A stretch of 64,000 nucleotides of DNA from Ginglymostoma cirratum. Lineage: Eukaryota. Under the pieces are notes generated by a model. The model was not told the DNA's origin. It did no database searches and worked only from the letters and a program-made list of their open reading frames with translations. Below, one piece after another: positions 1 through 9,976 of this stretch; the first letter of the stretch is position 1; each line of letters opens with the position of its first letter. The position numbers and the translations under genes were made by a program. Location of the stretch: positions 36,801,691 to 36,865,690 of the forward strand of contig JAHRHZ010000021.1 in assembly GCA_024137785.1 (NCBI GenBank), written 5' to 3'.

Positions 1-475
1 GCTATACGTTCATTTGCCTGAATCACACCCTGCGCATGAAACAAACCATGTCCCCATTATAAACTTGCAAGATTTCACAAATTGCATTCATCTGAGATGG
101 TATGGTCATTCAAATTGTGTTCATTTTCTTAAGTACACAGGCAAGATTGGTGTACATATTTTAAAAGTTTTAAATATCAAAAAATATTCAATTTACAAAG
201 AGCCAATTAATGTAAATCAATGAAATTAATTATCTCAGTATCACTATTAATGTAATTTCAAGTGATTTTAAACTAGACCACCTACTAGTGAAGGATGAAG
301 AAAAATACTAAAAATGCATACTTTTGGTGAAAAGTCTGTTTTCAGCTGAATTAGTAAAGCTGCAATACGTTACCACTTTTAAACATGTCAAGACTGACAT
401 TTTAATGGATAAAAGAAAGAATAAACAAATCTTTTATTATTGTTTATGAATTGTACTGGTTCATTAAAGATTTTA

Positions 476-664
476 CTAATGCAGGTAACTTTCTTCAGAA
501 CCTGAACTACAGTTTGACAAATATAGTTTGACCCTTTTTAAACAATTTTTAATGTTGATAAAAGCACACACTCTGCAGATTTTTTGCACACCATGGGTTT
601 CCCCATTAAGGACACCTCTTGCTCCTCTTAAAAAAGAATTCCCAGAGGAATTCTGTCCTTGCAA
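476..664 (-). CDS. Candidate terminal coding exon of an unidentified gene (LQGQNSSGN...SEESYLH*)
   Basis: Acceptor acattttag immediately before the ORF (phase 0); stop at 476-478; AATAAA at 433-438 followed by a T/GT-rich tract. Confidence 0.35.
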   Translation of the reverse strand: MQGQNSSGNSFLRGARGVLNGETHGVQKICRVCAFINIKNCLKRVKLYLSNCSSGSEESYLH

Positions 665-1302
665 CTAAAATGTTTGTAGAAACAAAGAATAATGAAGGAA
701 ATTATTGTCAGCAAAATAAATGGAAGGTTAGCCAGAAAAACAAACAATATTTACAGAAAGGTATGATTAAAATACAAAACAAATTGATACTATGATCTAC
801 TTCCCGATGATTATTTAAGAAAGCAAAGCCTCAACATTCCCCATTTTGTTTGGGCAAGATGCATGCTGCAGACAGAACTTTATTGCAGGTCAAAATTTGA
901 CACATTTCCTAACTTACATACACTATTTAAACAAGGCGCACACATACCTGCAGCATGACATTATTTCCTTTTTCTGTACCATTAAATAGGTGAAGTGTCA
1001 ATCAACAGCTTGACTAATGCTGGCAGCCTGCCTAATTAATTGGAGGGAGCACAAAATTGAGCTTCCTAATGTAATTTAAAGAGAGTCTATATCTCTTAAA
1101 GTGGAGGCATATTTTGGTTTAAACCATGTGCAAAGGAACATTTAACATGACAAACCCTCTCCATCTTAGATTGATGGTTTTGGTCAAGGAAGATGACGAG
1201 GAGAAGGGACCTCCTTTTCCTTTCAGCCAGCAGAAAGATATCCTGCCAATGTACTAAGAAGTAGTGGACAAAATGGAGAGTGATGGCAAAACATGCACTT
1301 AC

Positions 1303-1475
1303 GGTGTGATCAGAATGAATTGCATAATATGCAGGATTTACAAGGGTGTGTCTATCTACAGTGATGTCCACGATAATTTTCAGGTGATTTAAAATAAATA
1401 CACCAAAGAGGACTGAGAAAGTCTCTTCCTGGTGAATATCTTCATGTGAGTGTGACAAAGACTTCAACCTGCAGT
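1303..1475 (-). CDS. Candidate internal exon of the same unidentified gene (CRLKSLSHSHED...AIHSDHT)
   Basis: Acceptor ccttttag (1476-77) or ctgcag (1469-70); open frame; donor ACC|gtaagt in phase 0, matching the 664 acceptor. Confidence 0.35.
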
Positions 1476-2399
1476 CTAAAAGGTCACAACAGTTTGCTAA
1501 TTACATACTGCTTATGTAAGTATTAAAATCCCATTTTATTTGCATCCATTTAGTTTAATACACAGCTCTTAATCACAAAAAAAATAGCTTAGATAGATTA
1601 GATCTCCTTCTTTGTGATCTAATTGGATATACATAGCAATTCAAATTGTGCTGGAGTAGCACTTTTCACGGCACACACCATTAGTTTGTGCATCCTCCAA
1701 CTCAGCCATTTTTCTGCGAAGGCAAAAGAACATCAAGGGCTTTGGACAACAGTGGGATTGAAAATATGTCTCCCTAACTACTGAGATTTAAATAAGAATT
1801 TGAAATAAACAGTCGCACAACAAAGAAGCGGGGCTTATTAGAGTGAGCTATTAGAGTCAAATTAGCCACAGAAAGATACATAAAGGTGAGGGAAAGAAGA
1901 ATTGTATAAAAAATTAAGAAAAAAAATTCAGAGATGCAAAAATCTTTAATGATTTTTTTAAAATCTCCAATGGGAATACACCATGTGCAAGGATGGTATA
2001 TGTACTGAAAGCACCAACTCTACATTTTTGCAGGGAGCTACATTAAATTCTAGATTGTAATGTGCAAATCCAATTAGTTATTTTAAAAAAGCAGGGGGGC
2101 TGACGGTGTGCTGTCCTTTGTACAAGGCAGACAGCAGAGCAGCATAAATGAGCAACAAATTTTGGATACTTTTCACTCAAAGTATATTTCTTCTTCATCT
2201 GAACTTGCTGGCTGATTTTTGCACCAATAAATTGTATTGTGAGCTTTCTAACAGTTTTCCATTAAAAAGGGGCTACTTTTAAAAGCTAGGCAAATCACTG
2301 GACTAAACCAAGCTTAAAGCCAAAGTATATTTGTTATGATGATTAATGAAGGACAAACTATAACATAGCTAATGGCTTCAAAAGCAACAAAAAATTATA

Positions 2400-2970
2400 A
2401 TTCCACAGCGCCTTTAGTGTAATGAAAGGTCCTAAGGTGCATTGCAGGAGTATTACTATATAAAATGAAATATGACACTGAACAACACCTCAAGACATTA
2501 GTTTAGATTACCAAAATCTTGATCTGAGGGGTAGGTTTTAAGGAGTGTCCTAAAGGAGAAAAGCAATGCTACAATTTTGAAAATAAGGGTTCTCAATGAT
2601 GGCAGAAATATGAAATCAGAAGCTCATCTCAGGATCAAGTGTAACACCAAGGCTGTGAACACACTGGTGTAATCTCAGACTCTTTCCAGAAGTGGCTAAC
2701 TAGTGAATAGAGGTTGGAGCAGGAGCTAAAATCCTCAGTATTCTCAAAACTTATTTGGAGGAAATTTCTGTTCATTCGGTACTAGGTTTTGGATAACTAA
2801 TGTGATAATTTAGCAACAATGGAGGAGTCAAGAGCAGTTGTGGTGAGGTAGAGTTGGATGCCATCAGCGTACATGTGAAAACCATTGTTGTGCCTTCTGA
2901 TATATCACGGAGGACAGCATATAAATGAGAAATAGGAGGGACCCAGGGATAGATTCTTGGACTACAGCAG
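2400..2970 (-). mobile_element. Diverged L2 fragment(s)
   Basis: L2-like 3' end and RT remnant (minus strand ttcacatgtacgctgatggcatccaactctacctc = HMYADGIQLYL; gtccaagaatctatccctgg). Confidence 0.55.
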
Positions 2971-3850
2971 AGGTGCTCATGCCCATGCCCATGCAGCATC
3001 AGGAGAGAAGCTGTTGTATGTGATTCTCTGCCTAGAATCCACAACTATCAACATCCCTGGGGGCTACTATTAATGGGGAATTTAACTGGACCATTCATAA
3101 GTGCTGTGTCTACAGAGCGCATTAGATGCTGGGAATCCTGCAGCAAGTAACTCACCTTCTGACTCCCCAGAAATTGTCGATCATCCACAAGGCATGTTAA
3201 GAGTGTGATGGAATTTGCCTGAATGTGTGCAGCCCCAGCAACATTCAAGAATCTTGACACTATCAAGGACAAAGCTGTCAGCCTGATTGTCACTTCACCT
3301 ACAATTTCAAACATTCACTCTCTAAACCACCAACACATAGTGACAGCATTGAGTAGTAGCTACAAGCAAGATTCCTTCAACAGCATCTTATAAACTATGA
3401 CCCCTACCACCTAGAAAGACAAGGGCAGCAGATGAGACGTATGAGGGTACCACCATCTGCAACTTCCCTCCAGCCACACAATGTCGCCTCCTGGAACCAT
3501 ATTGTTGTTCTGTCACTGTTGCTGGGTACTGAAACCTGTTACTCCCTTTCCAACAGAACTTGAGTGTACCTAAACATGGATTGCAACTGTTTCCCTATGG
3601 TGGAAGAGGTGGAAAACTGATTGGAGTGAGTCACACTTTAAGTTATGGAAAAATGGGAATAGATCTGGATGGTGACAACACATTCAAGGACCTTGGAGAG
3701 AAATGGGAGGTTGTAGACTGAATTATGAGGTCGAAGCTTGGTTTTTTTCAGCTGTAGCAATAACAGCACAGGTTTGAAACGATCACGCCTGAAGAGAGAG
3801 AACCATTTACAATATTGGCTAACATGGAGCCCAGAATGGAAAATTCAAAT

Positions 3851-3975
3851 TCTGAAGAAGGATCACTGGACTGAAAATGTTAGCTTGTGTCTTTTCTTTT
3901 CATGGATACTGCCAGGCCTGCTGAGTTTGACCAGCAATTTCTGTTTTTGTTTCAGGTTTCTGCCATCTGTGATTC
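3851..3975 (+). mobile_element. Older-subfamily Penelope-type terminal repeat (degenerate hammerhead)
   Basis: tCTGAAGAAGGATCACTGGACTGAAAATGTTAGC...gccaggcctgctgagtttgaccagc. Confidence 0.55.
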
Positions 3976-4027
3976 TTTATTTAATTTATTTAATTTATTT
4001 AATTTATTTATTTAATTTATTTATTTA
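3976..4027. repeat. (TTTA/TTTAA)n microsatellite
   Basis: tttatttaatttatttaatttatttaatttatttatttaa... Confidence 0.85.
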
Positions 4028-4743
4028 ACAGTTTTATTGGGAAGCTGAAGTGAGGAAATGGTTGAAGAAATCAACCTGCAGCAATATTGTAGCGAATGCA
4101 GAATTGAAGGCTACTGGGAAGTTTTAAAGTGAAGTACAAGTTATTGCCTTCTGTCAAAGACGTACTTCCATACTCTAAATTAAACATGCGTAATGCTTGA
4201 TTGTATTTATCAGTGGCCGATTTTCATTTAATAAGAAGTACATGTTAGACCGGCAATATGGAATTATTCCTTAAAAAGTTATTCTTTTAGACTCTTCATC
4301 TAAGTTTGCACAATGTCACAGTAAGTTTTGTTCACATGACTTTTGAAAAGGCATTGAAAAACATAAAAGGACACAGGGAAATATCATGGAGATAGAATCG
4401 GAGAAGAGAGCTGCAGTTTATATCTTGCATGAGCACAAAGAGTTGAATAATCTCTTTCTGTGTTGCAATTTCGAAGATTTACTAAATTTATTGTACCTGA
4501 TGGGCTGACACTAAAATAACAGCACAGTTTAATGGCATTGGTTCTAAATATTCTGTGGGGATTAATTCACAATTAAAGTTGCTTTGTTGCATTTTCTTGG
4601 GCCTACAGTTGGACTGGATAGACTGAAACCTTTACTATAAGAGATAGGAACAATGAGAAAGGAGAATGGCTGCCAAATTAAGAGGTGCAGAGAGACTCCA
4701 ATGTTCTACTGTATGAGTTACAAAATGTTCATATGTAAATATA

Positions 4744-4852
4744 GGAGATAGCAAGAACTGCAGATGCTGAAGTCAGAGACAACACAGTGCGAAGCTGGAG
4801 GAACACAGCAGGCCAGGCGGCATCAAAGGAGCAGGAATGTTAACATTTCAGA
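4744..4852 (-). mobile_element. Diverged Penelope terminal-repeat copy
   Basis: gctggaggaacacagcaggccaggcggcatcaaaggagcagg is similar to 5819-5925. Confidence 0.65.
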
Positions 4853-5399
4853 AAATTTTATAATTAGGGTGGTCATTGTAGCACACATTTGAAGAGAAGT
4901 GTCTTCTCTCAGCGTGTTGTGCAACATCTGAAGTCTACCTCAGAAGGCAGTGGAGGCAGGATCATCAAATATTTTTAAGAAATAGGTAAATAGTGTCATA
5001 ACTCACTGGAGTAGTGCACTGGAAATCAAAACCCACTATTCCCAGAGTCATGACATATGTTAAAAGATTTAGCCAAACTATCCTACTTCCCCAATTTACC
5101 GAACTGACAAACTCAGGTTAGAAGAGAACACTCAGCAGGTTTCTGCACTTAACAAGAAAATAACCATTTATTACAAACAGCTAACTGCATAAATTATAGC
5201 ATAAGATACACAATGTCTCTGGGCAACATCAGTCATCCTAAGAATAGGTCACTTTAAGGTTGTTTTATGCCTCTCTGGCTCAGCAGAACATTTTGTCTTG
5301 TTGACAGTTATCCTGCCATAACGTAGGCTCCTCACCCTCCCCCTTCACAGACCTTTCTTCTTGCTCCTGCATCTATCTTGTCCTCTGCCAAGGCATCCT

Positions 5400-6500
5400 C
5401 CTTTTGGCAATTAAAGTTGTGCAGAGTGCAGCATACCACTAATGATATGAGACAGTGTGCCTGGAGCATACTGTGTGGCACCACCTCACCAGTCAGGAGG
5501 GATCAGAATCTCATTTTCAGGAGGCCTACAGTCTGCTTGACAAAGATCCTTGTGGAAATTTGTGTGAAGTTGTATCTCTCCTTGAAGTTAGGATGAGAAC
5601 AAGCTGGATTTTAAAGGGTTATCCCTTGTCATCCAGCAATAAATGTTATATGAACTGAGAGCATTGAAAGAAGCTGACACCTTTGAGACATCCAGGATGT
5701 GTCATGGCAGGTGCCTAGATATTGAGCACTAACTTGCATTGTCCGTTGTGGTCTCAAACGATTGGTCCATTAAGGGATCCTTTTCTATTGATGAAAACTG
5801 CTGGTTATTGGTAGGATGAGATAAAAGGTACTGCAGGTGCTGGAGAATCCGAGATAACAAGGTGTGGGGCTGGATGAACACAGCAGGCCAAGCAGCATCA
5901 TAGGAGCAGGAAAGCTTGACGTTTCAGGCCTAGACCTTTCATCAGAAAAAAAAGGCATAAAACATGCATAAAAGAGGCATAAAACAACCTTAAAGTGACC
6001 TATTCTTAGGATGACTGATTTTTTTCTGATGAAGGGTCTAGGCCCCAAACGTCAAGCTTTCCTGCTCCTATGATGCTGCTTGGCCTGCTGTGTTCATCCA
6101 GCCCCACACCTTGTTATCTCGGTTATTGGTAGGATGTTCTGACTGTGCTTCGAACCAGTAGGAAACCAGTGATCAGTGAAATCTGAATGCCTTTACTGCC
6201 CGTCTCACCTTGTTAAAAGAGGAAAGAGAGAAATTGATGGGCTGTGGTGAGGAGGGTAACAGTGGCTTCCCGGATACAAGACTGAGTTGTGAAATAGCTG
6301 CAAAATGATACAGAAGTCCCCAGGAGTTCGCAGAGATGATCTGCAAGGCTAGAAATTCAGGGCAGCAGGAACCTTTAGAGCTACCCGGATAGGATTGCCA
6401 CTCAATCTTTGCAGCGACAGCTTCTTGTCTAGCTGCTGGTATATGTATCTAGTGGTGGGTTCAGACATCCTGAGGCATTACCTATGCTGTCACTCACTTA
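5400..6500 (-). pseudogene. PIF/Harbinger (HARBI1-like) DDE transposase fossil, interrupted by the composite Penelope insertion
   Basis: Minus-strand fragments PVALKVPAALNF, LLDDKG*P, ERYNFTQISTRIFVKQTVGLLKMRF and CCTLHNF, with frameshifts. Confidence 0.7.
5819..6120. mobile_element. Composite insertion: inverted pair of Penelope terminal repeats around a captured local sequence
   Basis: Minus copy 5819-5950 and plus copy 6020-6120; 16-nt TSD ggttattggtaggatg at 5803-5818 and 6121-6136. Confidence 0.85.
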
Positions 6501-7729
6501 GCTGGAGATAGTTGCATCAGAATCTGGAGATACAGCTCCAGGCAACAGCTTTCCTTCAATGTCTCGTCTCTTGCCTTGATCCTTCTCCCTCTGCAGCCTG
6601 CACCACAGCCAGTGGCAGCTGCTGCTGTTCCTGAGCTTGCAGATGGGTTCAATACTGGTTTCTTTAGAGCTGGACTGAAGAGGAGGGAGAGAAAACTGTG
6701 AGAGCAGAGAGGGAGAGGGAGCAGGGAGACAGGGAGCAAGGGGAGAGGGACCTGAAGTCACATGTAGGCCAGACCAGTTTCCTTCCCTAAAAGACATTAG
6801 TGAACCACATGAGTTTTTCCAATAATTGACAATGGATTTACGGTCATCATTAGACTCTTAGCTCCAGAATTTTATTGAATTCAAATCCTACCATCTGCTG
6901 AAGCAGGATTTGAACATGGGTCTCCAAAGTATTAGCGATAATACCATTAAGCCATTGCCTCCCATAATTCTGTTTCTCCTCCACCATTTCACAATCCCTA
7001 TTTCCCAAAGACCCTTCACCCTCTCCCTGTTTCTGTTGAGATCCATGTTACTGTCAATGTCCCCTTTTTACTCTTGAGGCTCCACAGAATCAAGATCCTG
7101 AAGCACATGGGGCCCCATAGATTCTCCAGGTCCCTTCCAGAGTCACCCTGTTTTTGTTTGTCTCCTCCACCAAGTTGGCCATTCTAATTCCCAAGCTGTT
7201 GTGTAGTGACTCTCCAGTTGATATCTGTCATTGCCAATGGACACATCCTTCCATACCATCACTTGGACATGTCTATTGCACTTTCACAGCTTACAGCAAA
7301 AGACTACAAATATATACAACATTTCAATGGAAGGAGAAATGGCAAAGAACTTGTGGAGGCTAAAGACGAAATGGCAGGTACATACCCGTTACATGTGGTC
7401 AGGTATCTGAAGTGCCAAGTTTCTTGATTGAGGAGAGGTTAATTGGAAATACTGACTTAATTCTAGCAGGTTGTGGAATCAATGAAATCCAAATACATAT
7501 AGATGAAATTCTTCACATCTGATGGTGAGAAGCTCAACTCCCCTTTTGAGGATGGAGAACTTACATACTAAAGGTCATCTTAGGACCTTTGCCACATGCT
7601 CCATTCTTCCCACCTCATCTGGCAGCAGAAGAAGAATACCCACAGAGCTTGACCATTACTGTAGAGGCTTCAGGATACTTAGAATTTTGTCATAAATATT
7701 AAAGAATGAATGGATAGGTAGAAGCCATA

Positions 7730-9000
7730 TGAAGACAACAGAAATATGAATCTCTGATCTGCTGTGGCCTTCACTCCACTTTCCTGCCTGAGCCACTCCT
7801 AGCACCAACCCCAACCCTTGACTTCTGTCTCAATCAAAAATCTGTCTAACTCAACTTTGAATATGCTCAATGACACACCTCTACAGCTCAATGGGCAGGG
7901 AATTTCAAACACTCACAAACCTCAGAAGATATTCCTCCTTATCTTTATCTTAAATGGGAGACACTTATTTTTAAACTGTGCCACCTAGTTCTGGAATCTC
8001 CCATGTGAGGAAACATCCTCTCAACAACCACTCTACCAATCCCCTCAGAATCTGATATTTCAATACAATCACCTCTGACTCTTAACCTCTAACGAGTACA
8101 GACATCATTTGCTCGACCTTTCCTCCTAATTTAAGTCCTTCAACCCAGGAATCTGCTGAGTCAATCTCCTCTGAACATGGAGCATGCTCAGAGATGTTGG
8201 GAAATGGTGACCAAGATGGATGCTTAGAGAAGATGCCAGCAACCTGCAGAGATCGCGAATCGGCAACATCTAGCTTCTCACTAGAATCTGGGAGAATGGA
8301 AACCTTTTGTATAAATGAGGTGAGATTATGAAATAATTAGATGTTAATACATGCAAATATACCTCTCACCACATACTTGTGAGATTCTCAACTAGCTGTT
8401 GAAACTTTTATAGAAAAAGTTAGACTTCTATTTCTCAGCATTAACAAATTCATTTTTTCATTCTTGCCATTTTCCCTCAGCTTTCTCACCGTTGCCCATA
8501 TTGTTATGACACTGAGAAAATCACACACAGCTGCTTTAATAATGGGTTTTAGCATTTTCCCAATAACAGACCTTTTGCTATCTGGTCTATAGTTTCTTTT
8601 GGTTTCTCTTCTTTCTTGAGCGAGAGTGTTACATTTGCAATTTTCCAGTAGGCAGGGGCTGTTCAAGAATCTAGAGAATTTGGGAAGTCATAAAAATGCA
8701 GCCACCATCTCTGCAACTACTTTTAAGACTCCAGAATGAGGCCATCCATTCTAGAGAACTTGTGTGCCTTAAATTCCATTAGTTATCCCATTACTGTTTC
8801 TCTAGTAACAGGGCTTTTACCCCTTCAATTTCAATTATACTTGGGATACTTTTAGTGTCTTCCATTTTAAATCTGGATAAGAAAATACTTATTGTAAGCC
8901 TCTCCTGTTTTCTCATTTCTTGCTATTAATTCCACAGTCTTACTCTTTTAAGGGACTAATGCTTACTTTAATTACTGTTTTCCTTTCTATTTTTAGCCGA
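7730..9000 (-). mobile_element. Diverged CR1 fragments
   Basis: 3'-end-like sequence at 7730-8175; NYRPDSKRSVIGKMLKPII at 8540-8600. Confidence 0.5.
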
Positions 9001-9976
9001 CTCCTTCTTTGTATCCTTGTAATTGCCATTATTTAAGTTTACGTCTCGAGTTATAGACTCACATTTCTTACACAAACCAAATGTGAGGTTCTACCATGTT
9101 ATGATTGCTCTTGCCTGAGGATCCTTTACTAAGAGATCTTCATTTAATCTTAAGTTATTTGCATTGTTCACCTGTATACTTTTATGCAAAGAACAGAAGC
9201 AAACTGTATACTCCAATATTTACAAACATGAATCAGGTTAATTGTCCATATCATGTCTATTTTAGGTGCCTTCCTCAATTTTCCCACTGTTGCTGCAAAT
9301 CAGTCTCTGTTCCACAGGCCACCAGGTTCTACACAAGCCTTTCCACCAGCTCCCAGCGTTGCTATTTTCACTTGCCAAGTTTGATTATGTTGTGTAGACA
9401 ATATACACGATATTCCTAATTCAAACATAAATCGACAAGCCAAATAATGTATAAGCTGAAAAAATCAATAAAAATATATTGGAAATATTCAGACAGCCTG
9501 GCAGTATCTCTGGAGAAAGTTGACAGGCTAGGATTTCTTTCCAGGGCCCTAACCCTGCCCAGGATTGATTTGGAGTGAGGAAACTGGAGACATCAGCGGC
9601 AGCATCCGGAAAGCAATTTTTTCAGGAGGCAACCAAGAAAGTGGCTACTCTGAGAGTCCTTTGATCAATAGCAGGTCAGCTCTTGAGACTTAAGGTTCAA
9701 TTGGAGGCCCTCATGTTTGAAGTATTCATGTAGTTAATTGAGAGGATATTTTATTAATTTATAAATTGACAAACCCTCCCCTGGATATCCAGCGGTATCA
9801 GCTGTGACTATACAGCTGTGGAAATGTTGAGAATTGGCAATACAGTTTTCTTCAGGTTGGAGTACTGGCCTCATTCTACATCCAGGGGGCACTTCCATTC
9901 CGTGGCCATTTTCCAGCCTCATTGCAGGGCCCACATATTGACTCAAATATTCCGGCTCCCATTTAACAGACTTTAA

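Noticed and set aside
3976-4027. ATTTA cluster resembling an AU-rich element
   Set aside because: Simple microsatellite abutting a repeat, with no evidence that it lies in a 3' UTR.
5785-6048. Recurring peptide FSDEGSRPETSSFPAPMMLLGLLCSSS in several ORFs (also 16076, 47429, 40222)
   Set aside because: Translation of the non-coding hammerhead-bearing repeat, not a protein family.
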